Origin: an uncultured Gemmatimonadaceae bacterium
GTDB taxonomy: Bacteria > Gemmatimonadota > Gemmatimonadetes > Gemmatimonadales > Gemmatimonadaceae
NCBI GenBank assembly: GCA_963781585.1
Contig: CAWAGQ010000005.1
Coordinates: forward strand, 1-64,000
Direction of reading: 5' to 3'
Length of the DNA stretch: 64,000 nucleotides
Made by a program: the position numbers and the translations under genes. The notes beneath the pieces are model-generated. The model saw nothing but the letters and a program-made list of their open reading frames with translations, did not search any database and was not told where the DNA came from. Each line of letters starts with the position of its first letter. Position 1 is the first letter of the stretch. This document shows, in pieces, positions 1-9,174 of this stretch.

Positions 1-1506
1 GAACCGCAGCAGGGATCCCGGTAGTGCCCGCGCCGCGGACATCGGATCCATCACCTTCAGGGGATACCACCGGTAGAGAAAGTCGCGCAGATCGAACTCC
101 GTCACCGCTTGCGGCGGAATGCCCTGCCAGTTGAACAGAAAGTCCAGAAAGAGGTCCGCGGCACGCGCATGCCTGCTGGCCGTAGCCACCGACACCGGGC
201 GCGACCAGTGCGAACCTGTCGTGAGATGGCGGATGAATCGGTCGACCAGCCGCTGCCGCTCCAGGGGCTCCTCCGATTCCTCTCCGGTCCTCGGCGGCAA
301 TCGCGCACCGGGCATCGCTCCGGCGCCTCCGGGTCCCGCCGGTTCCAGCTCCTCCGGAACACTCCACAGGCTCTCGCCTTCGGCGGCAGGGCGAGGGAGA
401 CCTGCGATTGCCACGCCGGAAGCGGGGTCGGTCCAGCGCATCGTGTCCGGCAGGGGGTAGTCGGGGTCGAGCGCTCCCTCATGCAGTGCCACGAAACGCG
501 GCACCGCCTCCAGCAGGGCGATGAGATCGTCCATCTGCCGGCGCGTCACCCCGCCGCCCGGCGTTCCAAGCACGACCAGCACGGGATGCGCGCCGGGACC
601 GGCGATCTCCCAGCGCGCGCGTCTGATTTCGCGGCGCTTCTCCGGGCCAAGATCGTCAGCCGCACTGAAGGTCAGCGAAATGATGGCGTCCCGGATGTTC
701 GAGAAGCCGAGCGCCGGAGCGTCCGCGCGATAGAGGTCCTCCAGATCTTCCGGATCGGCGTAGAGTGCAATCCCGAACTCCATCCCCGCGTTGCCGAGCA
801 CGACCGCGAGCCACTCCTGCCCGCCCGGCATTCTGGCGATCAGGGGCTGGTCATCGCTGACCTTCCTCCACGGCGCTGCGCGATGGTACGCCGCCGCGGA
901 GGCGAACAACCGCTGTATCTGTTCCGCCGGAAGCCCCCATCCCGCCCAGGTGGCCGGATTCGACGCCGCGGGCGCGTCCGGATCTCCACCGGACATGTGT
1001 GCGCGCAGGCTCCGCGCGGCCTCGTCGGCGGCGGGCAGTTCACGACTCGCGGTGGCGGCGGTGCCGCGCGGCGCGAGCAATGGGGCCAGTTCCCGGGCAA
1101 CCGACTCGTGCCTGACGAGCACTCGCCTCGGTGAGCGACCCACGTTGTCGACGGCGGCGGCCAGCACGCGCTCGATCTCGTGCGCGAGTGCCGGCGGCTC
1201 GGCCGGTGCATGGGCGATGAGGTCCATGTGAACGATCAGGTCCCCGGACGCGATCAGGATCGCCACCGGACGCGCCAGGGGATCGTCGTCGAACTGCGCC
1301 AGCAGTGGAACGAGCGCGATCTCCCACGGATCGGGAAGATCGGCGTCCTGCGGCAGCCCGATCCCGCGCGCCTCACGAGGCCCATCACCCGCTACCAGAC
1401 CCAGGCGCCGCCGAGTTCGCTGCTGTTCTGCGTCGCGCGCCTGGCAGCAGTTCTTGTACTTCCTGCCCGAGCCGCAGGGACACAGGTCATTACGGCCAAC
1501 GCTCAT
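1..1506 (-). CDS. SEC-C (zinc-binding) motif protein, 3' end beyond window
   Basis: Not in the ORF track. Translated by hand from ATG at 1506 with GGAGG upstream: MSVGRNDLCPCGSGRKYKNCC (SEC-C motif). The frame stays open for 502 codons to position 1. Confidence 0.85.
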   Translation of the reverse strand, partial: MSVGRNDLCPCGSGRKYKNCCQARDAEQQRTRRRLGLVAGDGPREARGIGLPQDADLPDPWEIALVPLLAQFDDDPLARPVAILIASGDLIVHMDLIAHAPAEPPALAHEIERVLAAAVDNVGRSPRRVLVRHESVARELAPLLAPRGTAATASRELPAADEAARSLRAHMSGGDPDAPAASNPATWAGWGLPAEQIQRLFASAAAYHRAAPWRKVSDDQPLIARMPGGQEWLAVVLGNAGMEFGIALYADPEDLEDLYRADAPALGFSNIRDAIISLTFSAADDLGPEKRREIRRARWEIAGPGAHPVLVVLGTPGGGVTRRQMDDLIALLEAVPRFVALHEGALDPDYPLPDTMRWTDPASGVAIAGLPRPAAEGESLWSVPEELEPAGPGGAGAMPGARLPPRTGEESEEPLERQRLVDRFIRHLTTGSHWSRPVSVATASRHARAADLFLDFLFNWQGIPPQAVTEFDLRDFLYRWYPLKVMDPMSAARALPGSLLRF

Positions 1507-1658
1507 GCGGTGACGTCCTCCAGATAGGCGTCCGCCCGGAAGGGCTCGTCGTGTCGTCGGCACGGAATGCGGAATCCGGCGCGCCGAACGCTCCGTCCGA
1601 TCACAGTAATGGTCATGGAGACATGCGTTGGCAACCGCGAGGGAAATTGGGGCCGCGA

Positions 1659-1675
1659 AATTGGGGTCAGACTCG
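1659..1675. repeat. REP-like element, partial single copy
   Basis: AATTGGGGTCAGACTCG, the same element as at 2978, 31025, 32408 and 43337. Confidence 0.8.
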
Positions 1676-1790
1676 CGCAGGCGACGTGTCGGTACTGCTG
1701 CTCGTGGAGTCCGGATACCCTGCGTTCCGATGGCATCAACCGCAACAGGCTGGTGATGGTCGTGCAGGAGAGCCGGACTACGCTCTCCAT

Positions 1791-2090
1791 GTGCGTTTCA
1801 CTGACTACTTTCTCCGCAACGTCCTTCCGAGGCGTCCGTACCTTCGAAAGGAATGGCTGGAGCGTGCGCTCGCGGCTCCGGCGTGGATCGAACGGCAGGA
1901 AAACGATCGAGTCCGATACTGGGTGTATATTCCCGAATTGAGACGGCAACGTCTCCTCGCCGGCCAGCCGCATCGGGTCGAGCGTCTCCGCGTGGTCACG
2001 CTCGCGGACGGCGAGACCATTCACAATGCCTTTCCCGACCGGCGGTTCGTGAGCCCATCCGATGAAACTCAGCTACGACCGCGCGACTGA
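1791..2090 (+). CDS. putative small toxin (DUF4258/RelE-like) of a toxin-antitoxin pair
   Basis: GTG start. Reads RFTDYFLRNVLPRRPYLRKEW...LRVVTLADGETIHNAFPDRRF and overlaps the downstream DUF2283-like gene. Confidence 0.65.
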   Translation: MRFTDYFLRNVLPRRPYLRKEWLERALAAPAWIERQENDRVRYWVYIPELRRQRLLAGQPHRVERLRVVTLADGETIHNAFPDRRFVSPSDETQLRPRD

Positions 2091-2274
2091 CTCCCTCTAC
2101 GTGCTGCTCGTCGACCGCCCCGGCGCCGATGTCATCGAGGTGGCGCCTGGGGTCGTCGTGGACCTCGACGCGTCGGGCGAAATCGTGGGCCTCGACATCG
2201 ACCACGCGAGTCGGTTTGTCGACGAAGCCACGCTCGCCCGTCGGACGATTCCGATCGAATTGCGCTCGGCGTAA
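2062..2274 (+). CDS. DUF2283-family putative antitoxin
   Basis: MKLSYDRATDSLYV...GVVVDLDASGEIVGLDI pattern, 70 aa. Confidence 0.8.
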   Translation: MKLSYDRATDSLYVLLVDRPGADVIEVAPGVVVDLDASGEIVGLDIDHASRFVDEATLARRTIPIELRSA

Positions 2275-2389
2275 CGGTTGGTCGCAACACCACGCCACTC
2301 CCCGCGCTGGTTCGATGATGGTTCGCGCGGGCCACACCTTATTCTCGGCGTATGTTCGCTTGCTCCCACTGCCGAGCCGAGCGTACGCT

Positions 2390-2950
2390 ATGGGCATGCC
2401 CGCAAAGATCACCGCGTGGACCGCCGAGCTGGCGCGCGCGCTCCCCGACGACGGCAAGCGGTACGAGGTGCTCGACGGCGAGCTGTTCGTGACCCCGGCA
2501 CCGTCAGCTCCTCATCAGCGAGCCGTCGGGCGCCTGTTCGCGATGCTCGACGCGTACGTGCGGGAGTACGGACTGGGCGAAGTGTTTCTCTCACCGGCCG
2601 ACATCGAGTTCGGTCCCGGTCGACTGGTGCAGCCGGATCTCTTCGTGGTACCAGCGACTCCATCGGGGCGTCTCCGCTCGTGGCGCGACATCACCTCGCT
2701 TCTTCTCGCGGTGGAGGTCAAGTCGCCCACGACAGCGCGCGTCGATCACGGCCGCAAACGAGTGATCTACCAGAGCGAACGCGTAGGCGAGTACTGGATC
2801 GTCGACCTCGATGCCAGTTTTGTGGATCGCTGGCTCCCCACTGATGAGCGGCCGGAGGTCCTGGCAGAGTTGCTGACGTGGCAGCCGCGGTCCGACGTCG
2901 AAGCTCTCGCCATCGACCTCCCGGCCTTCTTCGCGGACGTCCTGGGCTGA
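2390..2950 (+). CDS. Uma2-family (PD-(D/E)XK) endonuclease
   Basis: LPDDGKRYEVLDGELFVTPAP, VQPDL, LLAVEVKSP and EYWIVD motifs. Confidence 0.9.
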   Translation: MGMPAKITAWTAELARALPDDGKRYEVLDGELFVTPAPSAPHQRAVGRLFAMLDAYVREYGLGEVFLSPADIEFGPGRLVQPDLFVVPATPSGRLRSWRDITSLLLAVEVKSPTTARVDHGRKRVIYQSERVGEYWIVDLDASFVDRWLPTDERPEVLAELLTWQPRSDVEALAIDLPAFFADVLG

Positions 2951-2977
2951 CGGAAATTCGGAGCTAAAGAGTGCGCT

Positions 2978-3080
2978 AATTGGGGTCAGACTCGATTTTG
3001 CCAGCTAAATGGGGTCAGACTCGAATTTCCGTAATTGGAGTCTGACCCCAATTACCGGAAAATCGAGTCTGACCCCAATT
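2978..3080. repeat. REP-like cluster: two forward and two reverse copies
   Basis: 21-bp units start at 2978 and 3007 (forward) and at 3033 and 3060 (reverse), between convergent genes. Confidence 0.9.
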
Positions 3081-3082
3081 TC

Positions 3083-4039
3083 CTACGCGCGCTGAAGCTG
3101 CCCCTGCCCCTGCCCCTGCCCCACCGGCGCGAGCCAGCCGCGATACCGCGGCGCCCGCCCGTGCACCGCCTCGAAGAACGTCTCCTGGATCCGTCGCGTG
3201 ATGGGTCCGGGCTTCCCGTCGCCGACCACGTGCCCCTCGACTTCCTTGATCGGCGTCACCTCGACCGCGGTCCCGCAGAAGAACATCTCATCCGCGGCCT
3301 CCAGGTCGGCGCGCACCATCGGCCGGATCTCCACCGGAATACCGAGGTCGCGCGCGATCGTGAGCACGCTGTCGCGCGTGATCCCTGGGAGGATCGACGC
3401 CTCGATGTCGTTCGTGATGAGCGTCCCCTGCCTGACGAGACAGAGGTTCGCCCCCGACCCCTCGGCAACGTCGCCCTTCGTATTCAACAGAACGGCTTCG
3501 TCGTAGCCTTTCCGGATCGCTTCCTGGACGGCGCGCACCGCGTTGGTGTAGTGGCCGCAGGCCTTCACGTGCGGCGGCAACGTGGATGCGTCGATGCGGC
3601 GCACGCTCGAGACCATCACCCGCACGCCCTGCTCCGGCCCGCCCTGCAGATACTGGCGACCTGGCACGCCGATGATCACCACGGTCACCGGGCAGTCCTT
3701 CGGCCACACGCTGAAGCTGTACGAATCGAAGAACGCCAGCGGCCGCAGGTACATGTTCTCGAGACCGTTCGCCCGCACCACATCGAGCGCCGCCGTCATG
3801 AGCTGCTCGACGCTGTACGGGATCCCGATCTCGTAGAAGCTCGCCGACATGTGGAGGCGCTTCATGTGGGCGTCGAGGCGGAAGATCGCCGGACCGTCGG
3901 GGGTGTCGTACGACCGCATCCCCTCGAACACGCCGGTCCCGTACTGCAGCGCGTGCGCCGACACGTGCACGCGGGCATCGTCCCACGGCACCAGCGCGCC
4001 GTCCATCCAGATGTGTTCGGTCTTCTTGAAGCCGGGCAT
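3083..4039 (-). CDS. ilvE: branched-chain amino acid aminotransferase
   Basis: HALQYGTGVFEG, catalytic KACGHY, EGSGANL, ILPGITR and GTAVEVTP motifs. ATG at 4039. Confidence 0.9.
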   Translation of the reverse strand: MPGFKKTEHIWMDGALVPWDDARVHVSAHALQYGTGVFEGMRSYDTPDGPAIFRLDAHMKRLHMSASFYEIGIPYSVEQLMTAALDVVRANGLENMYLRPLAFFDSYSFSVWPKDCPVTVVIIGVPGRQYLQGGPEQGVRVMVSSVRRIDASTLPPHVKACGHYTNAVRAVQEAIRKGYDEAVLLNTKGDVAEGSGANLCLVRQGTLITNDIEASILPGITRDSVLTIARDLGIPVEIRPMVRADLEAADEMFFCGTAVEVTPIKEVEGHVVGDGKPGPITRRIQETFFEAVHGRAPRYRGWLAPVGQGQGQGQLQRA

Positions 4040-4264
4040 GGTGGCGAGGGCGAGAGGTGACAGGTCGATGCGGAACGAGGTCGCAGTATGCGCACGCGTG
4101 CGAGGTGCGGCAAGGTCGCGATCGCGTACCTCCGGTCGAACGCGTTGCGCCTCGTTCGTGATCGGACGAGGATGCAATCGTTCATAACCCACCGCTCGGC
4201 GTGCCGCCGGGCCTCGTGGAACCGTGCAAACGCTCCGGGCGGTCACCAGAGCGGATCACGGGCG

Positions 4265-4945
4265 TCACTCCCCCTCCCCCTCCCCCTCCCCCTCCCCCAT
4301 CTCGATCCGTTCAAAGCGCGGATGCCCGAAGATCGGCGCTCCCACCGAATGCTCATCGCCAATCGCATCGCTCAGCCTCCCCGCGAACGCAGCGATCACG
4401 CGGTTCATCTCGTGCACCGCGGCAATCAGCCGTTCCGCGTCGCGCGTCTCCCAGTATCCGGTTTCATCGCGCACCACCACTTCGATGCCCATGGTGATCG
4501 CATGATCCAGAAGGCGCACCAGCGACGTGTGGCAGGTGACGAGATGCGCATCACTCACGATAGAGGCGTACTGCGTCTTGCAGGAGCAGTACCAGAACCA
4601 CTCCTGATGATCGCCCGCGTCGTCCGCCCGGCGCAGCAGGCCGAAAGAGGCCATTTCACAGCCCCTGCCCGGATTGACGACGAAGCCCTGGGCCGTTGAC
4701 ACATCGCCTGTGAGCGGAGGATGATCGTCGTCCCACGGCTTGGCGACGACGTTCGCGTAAAACGCGAACGCTGACTCCCACCAGGAGTCGGGCGCGTGTT
4801 CGCGCGCCGCCGCGCGCATGACCGGCGACACCTCGCTCAGGGCCAGGCTCGCGGCATAGGCTCGCCACGCGCCAAGGCGATTGGCGACCTGCGCGTCGGT
4901 CTCAGAGGCCGGCAGCCGCAGTTCGTAGTTGAGATGAAGACCCAT
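4265..4945 (-). CDS. hypothetical protein
   Basis: Coding-like ORF MGLHLNYELRLP...CKTQYAS...VRDETGYWETRD, ending in (GE)x5. Confidence 0.7.
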   Translation of the reverse strand: MGLHLNYELRLPASETDAQVANRLGAWRAYAASLALSEVSPVMRAAAREHAPDSWWESAFAFYANVVAKPWDDDHPPLTGDVSTAQGFVVNPGRGCEMASFGLLRRADDAGDHQEWFWYCSCKTQYASIVSDAHLVTCHTSLVRLLDHAITMGIEVVVRDETGYWETRDAERLIAAVHEMNRVIAAFAGRLSDAIGDEHSVGAPIFGHPRFERIEMGEGEGEGEGE

Positions 4946-4964
4946 CGGAATTGGGACCTCAGGC

Positions 4965-5160
4965 CTACGCCGCCGGCCGCCGCGGCAGCAGGAGATAGCC
5001 CGCCACCGGCCGGCCATTTCGATAGGTGACCTGGAGGGAAATTGATTTCATGCGTCCTCCTCCCCGCTCACGCGAGACGCGGTGATGACCAGCAGGGTTC
5101 GCTCGTCGTGCAGGGGCTCGACGATCACTTCCCATGTGCGATTCCGAAAGTGCGTTCGTA
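4965..5160 (-). pseudogene. remnant toxin-antitoxin pair (toxin 3' end plus truncated DUF2283-like antitoxin)
   Basis: RTWEVIVEPLHDERTLLVITASRV* is coupled by an ATGA overlap (5048-5051) to MKSISLQVTYRNGRPVAGYLLLPRRPAA*. The first has no start and the second stops after 28 aa. Confidence 0.55.
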
Positions 5161-5184
5161 CCCTGCTTCTCGCCAGCTCTTGCC

Positions 5185-5206
5185 TCCCGGAGATGCATCT
5201 CCGGGA
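5185..5206. repeat. perfect 22-bp palindrome
   Basis: TCCCGGAGATGCATCTCCGGGA equals its own reverse complement. Confidence 0.9.
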
Positions 5207-5392
5207 AGTTCGAAGGGCGCTCTGGCATCGCCACCATCAGCGCATTGCACGACGAAGCACGGGAACGCAGGGTCGACCTTGGGTCCGCGGCTCAAAGGCG
5301 GTGCCAGTGGAGCGGTAGACTTCCGTCCATCTCGGGTAGATTCTGATACGCCCGGAGACGGAATGGTCCGCCGGTATCCCCAGGGAGGGCTC

Positions 5393-5776
5393 ATGATCGA
5401 CGACATGGGAATCTTCCGCACCACCATCCGCGTGGCGCATCTCGCGCGCCCCACCGACCAGATGGAACTCGCCGACGTGATGGTCGATACGGGAAGCGAG
5501 TACAACTGGATCCCCGCCTCTGTCCTCGAGCAGTTGGGCATCGAGCCGGAGCGGATCGATCGGTTCGAGACCGCCGACGGGCGTGTGCTCGAGCGACCGA
5601 TCGCGTTCGCCCTGGTCTTCGCCGGCGGGCGTTCGGCGCCAACTATTGTAGTGCGCGCCGAACCGGCCGACATGATCCTCCTCGGCGCGCACGGGCTCGA
5701 AGGCCTCAACCTGCGCGTCGATCTCGCCCGCAAGGAACTGGTGCCGGCCGGACCGGTTCCGGCAGCGGTCAGTTGA
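5393..5776 (+). CDS. clan AA (retropepsin-like) aspartic protease
   Basis: VMVDTGSEY catalytic motif and C-terminal ILLGAHGLEGL. GGAGG upstream of ATG. Confidence 0.85.
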   Translation: MIDDMGIFRTTIRVAHLARPTDQMELADVMVDTGSEYNWIPASVLEQLGIEPERIDRFETADGRVLERPIAFALVFAGGRSAPTIVVRAEPADMILLGAHGLEGLNLRVDLARKELVPAGPVPAAVS

Positions 5777-5920
5777 TAGCGATCAGCGGTCAGCTGACCG
5801 GCCGTCAGCTATGAGCGGTGAGCTCGATGGCATCCACCTGATCCGCTTTATCCGCCTTATCCGCCTATCCGCCTTATCCGCCTTATCCGCCTTATCCGCT
5901 CTACCCGCCTTCATCCGCTC
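5777..5920. repeat. intergenic heptamer (TCAGCGR-like) units plus 9-mer ATCCGCCTT tandem array
   Basis: Directly visible tandem units between convergent genes. Confidence 0.85.
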
Positions 5921-8900
5921 ATCCGGGCCCCAGCACTCTCTCCACCTCCGCCTTCACCGCGTCCAGTTCCTTCCGCAACGTCTGGTACCGCGCGATCGCG
6001 TCGCGGCCGATCTTCTGGTCCGCGCCGTTGGTCATCCCCGCGAGATACGTGATGTGCGCCTGGAGCCCCGGCTTCCCGTAGCGCACCGGCTCGGTCAACA
6101 GCTTCGACGCGATGGGCGTGAGTCGCGACAGCGTGTCGGCCGCCGCACCGCTCGCGCTCGTCAGGCGCCGCTGCGCGCTCTCGACCCGCGTCACCAGCCG
6201 ACTCACCTCCTGCACCATGTCGCGCATACGCAGGTTGTGCTCGAACTGCTCGCGCAGATCGGCCACGGTCACGCCCTCGGCGACAATCCGTGGATCGATC
6301 CGCACCGTGAACGGCACGGTCTTCGTGACGCTCCCCACGGTGAGCCGCGCCTGATACTGCCCCGGGGGCGCGGTCACACCAGCCGAATGTCGTACATCCC
6401 AGACGAAGCGATTCACTCCGGCGTTCTTCGTCACCCGGCTCGCCACTCCGCCGCCGCGACCGAACCGTCCGCCCGCCGCTGGTGCGGTACCGGCCTCGAC
6501 CTCGGCCCCGCCCGCGGCACCCGCGCCGGCGCCCCGTCCACCGCCCCGCCCACCACGTCCACCGCGACCCGCGAACGCCGGGGCATCGCTGCTGTACGAG
6601 TTCACGCTGTCGCCGGCGGCAGTCAGGATGTCGATCTTGACCGCGCCCGCCGGCTCTGCCGGCAGGTAGTACTCGATGATCGGGCTCAGGTACTCGGCGC
6701 CCGCGCGCGTGCGATAGCCGTCACGCGGCCTGTAGAGCTGGACCTCCGACGCCGCGACCTGGGGCGTGATCTGGTGCAGCGACGAGACGTCGTCGAGCAT
6801 CCAGATCGCCCGTCCCTGGGTGGCGATCACCAGGTCGTTGTGATAGACCCGGATGTCGTTGATCGGCACGTTAGGCATGTTGAGCTGGAACGGCTGCCAG
6901 TGGGTGCCGTTGTCGAACGAGATGAACAGCCCGTACTCGGTCCCCGCGTACAGCAATCCCTCGCGATCGGGATCCTCGCGCACCACCCGCGTCGGCGAGT
7001 CGCCCGGGATGCCGTTCGTCCCGTCGGTGAGCTTCTTCCAGGTGGCGCCGTAATCGTCTGTTCTATAGATGTACGGCTGGAAGTCGCCAAGCAGGTAGCG
7101 ATAGACCGCGTAGTAGGCGGAGCCCCGCCGGTGCGGTGACGCGTCGATCCAGGCCACCCGGCCGCCCGGCGGCAGATCTTTGGGCGTGATGTTCTTCCAC
7201 GTCTTCCCGTTATCGCGGGTGATGTAGAACGGCCCGTCGTTGGAGCCCGTCCAGATCACCCCGGCCTCGAACGGCGATTCGGTGATCGCGTACAGCGTGC
7301 TGTAGAACTCCTCACCGGTCACGTCGCGCGTGATGGGCTCACCGCTCGCCCCCTGGCAGCACGCCGGGTGCGCGGTGAGGTCGGGCGAGATCTTCTCCCA
7401 GGTGACGCCGAGGTCGTGGCTGCGGTGCAGGTACTGCGAACCGTAGTAGACGATGCTGGTGTCGTGCGGCGACGTGGCCATCGGCGACACGCGCTGGAAC
7501 CGGTAGATCAGATCGCTCGCCGGGTTGCCGTACAGCGACTGCGCTCCGATCCAGTAGTTCTTCGACTGTCCGGCGCGCATGTCCATCACCTCGAACTGCC
7601 CCTTGCACGCGCCGTAGACGATGTCGGGATCCTTCGGGTGCGGCATGATGGGTCCGGTCTCGCACCCCGGGCCTCCCTGCCAGTCGTCGCGGCTGTACGG
7701 ATCGGCGACGCTCGAGATGATCACCGTCGACGCATCCTGCTGCGCCCCGTAGATGTGGTACGGGAACTCCTCGTCCATCCAGACGCCGTAGATCTCCGAC
7801 GTGGGCTGGTTCATCTGCGACGACCACGTGCGGCCGCCGTCGGTGGAGACGTTGGCGCCGCCGTCGTTCGACTGGATCATGACGTTGCCGTCATTGGGAT
7901 TGATCCAGATGTCATGGTTGTCGCCATGCGGTGTGCGGAGCGTCTGCCAGGTCTGCCCGCCGTCAGCGGTCTTGTAGAAGCCCTCGGCGCCGCCATACGC
8001 GACGTCGGCGTTGCTGGGGTCGGCGCCTAACGTGGTGTAGTAGAACGGCCGCTGGATCATCGCCGGCGGCGAAGGCAGCGCGTGCCACGTCTGCCCGGCG
8101 TCGTCCGAGCGGTACATCCCGCCACCCGGCCTGGCCTCGACCAGCGCGTAGACGCGGTTGGGGTTGGCGGCGGTCACCGCCAGGTTGCCCTTGCCGATCA
8201 GATCGTTCGGCAGCCCGGCGGTGATGTGGGTCCAGGTCTCGCCGCCGTCGGTGCTCTTGTAGAAGCCCCCCTCGTGCGACCCGCTGATGATCGTCCACGG
8301 CTTCCGCTCCAGGCGGTTCATCCAGGCGTAGACCACCATCGGGTTGCCGGGCTGGAGCTCCACATCCATCGCGCCCACGCTGTCGGCGATGTAGAGTGTC
8401 TTCTTCCAGGTCCTGCCGCCGTCGGTGGTCTTGAAGATGCCGCGCTCCTCGTTAGGCTTGAAGGCGTTGCCGTAGGCGGCTACCCAGACGGTATTGGGGT
8501 CGGCGGGATGGATCCGGACCGCGCCGATCTGCCCGGCGTCGTGCAGACCGGCGAATTCCCACGTCGTGCCCCCGTCGGTGGTGCGGTACACCCCGAGTCC
8601 CGTAGAGACGTTGCTGCGCACCCCGTCGGAGCCGGTGCCCAGATAGATGATGTTCGGGTCCGACTCGGCCACCGCGATCGAGCCGCTCGAGCCGAGTGGG
8701 ACCTTGCCGTCGGTGATCGGCACCCAGTTCGCGCCGCCGTCGGTAGTGCGGAAGACTCCGCCGCTCGCCACACCCATATAGAAGGTCCGCGGCTGCGACG
8801 GGACGCCGGTGACCGTGGTCACCCGGCCGCCGCGCGACGGCCCGACCAGGCGGTACCTGAGCCCGCGAAAGAGCGCGCTGTCGACCGAGGCCATCATGGG

Positions 8901-9038
8901 CGCGCTGGGAGCCCGACCCTGGGCGGCGCGCGCGGCCGACGATCTCGGTGGCGGTGGTGCCGGGCGCTGTTGTGCGGAGGATGGAACGGGCGCGAGCGCC
9001 AACGCGAACGACGCCAGCAGAGCGATCGGGCGGGACAT
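5919..9038 (-). CDS. secreted VPS10/BNR (Asp-box) repeat glycosyl-hydrolase-like protein
   Basis: Signal peptide, GPSRGGRV, and many (S/T)xDGGxTW Asp-boxes. RBS before ATG at 9038. Confidence 0.85.
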   Translation of the reverse strand: MSRPIALLASFALALAPVPSSAQQRPAPPPPRSSAARAAQGRAPSAPMMASVDSALFRGLRYRLVGPSRGGRVTTVTGVPSQPRTFYMGVASGGVFRTTDGGANWVPITDGKVPLGSSGSIAVAESDPNIIYLGTGSDGVRSNVSTGLGVYRTTDGGTTWEFAGLHDAGQIGAVRIHPADPNTVWVAAYGNAFKPNEERGIFKTTDGGRTWKKTLYIADSVGAMDVELQPGNPMVVYAWMNRLERKPWTIISGSHEGGFYKSTDGGETWTHITAGLPNDLIGKGNLAVTAANPNRVYALVEARPGGGMYRSDDAGQTWHALPSPPAMIQRPFYYTTLGADPSNADVAYGGAEGFYKTADGGQTWQTLRTPHGDNHDIWINPNDGNVMIQSNDGGANVSTDGGRTWSSQMNQPTSEIYGVWMDEEFPYHIYGAQQDASTVIISSVADPYSRDDWQGGPGCETGPIMPHPKDPDIVYGACKGQFEVMDMRAGQSKNYWIGAQSLYGNPASDLIYRFQRVSPMATSPHDTSIVYYGSQYLHRSHDLGVTWEKISPDLTAHPACCQGASGEPITRDVTGEEFYSTLYAITESPFEAGVIWTGSNDGPFYITRDNGKTWKNITPKDLPPGGRVAWIDASPHRRGSAYYAVYRYLLGDFQPYIYRTDDYGATWKKLTDGTNGIPGDSPTRVVREDPDREGLLYAGTEYGLFISFDNGTHWQPFQLNMPNVPINDIRVYHNDLVIATQGRAIWMLDDVSSLHQITPQVAASEVQLYRPRDGYRTRAGAEYLSPIIEYYLPAEPAGAVKIDILTAAGDSVNSYSSDAPAFAGRGGRGGRGGGRGAGAGAAGGAEVEAGTAPAAGGRFGRGGGVASRVTKNAGVNRFVWDVRHSAGVTAPPGQYQARLTVGSVTKTVPFTVRIDPRIVAEGVTVADLREQFEHNLRMRDMVQEVSRLVTRVESAQRRLTSASGAAADTLSRLTPIASKLLTEPVRYGKPGLQAHITYLAGMTNGADQKIGRDAIARYQTLRKELDAVKAEVERVLGPG

Positions 9039-9117
9039 CTTCACTCCTCGGCCAGGGGCCAACTCGGGGGGTCGACCGCCAATATCGCCACGGGCGGGGC
9101 CATGTGCCAGACGGGAA

Positions 9118-9151
9118 CAGCTATCAGCGATCAGCGATCAGCGATCAGCGG
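9118..9151. repeat. heptamer tandem array (ATCAGCG)n
   Basis: CAGCTATCAGCGATCAGCGATCAGCGATCAGCGG. Confidence 0.9.
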
Positions 9152-9174
9152 TTGGCTGTTTGCTGTCGGCTGCC

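Noticed and set aside
4040..4185. Attenuator leader peptide upstream of ilvE
   Set aside because: No run of Ile/Leu/Val codons, no early stop and no terminator hairpin.
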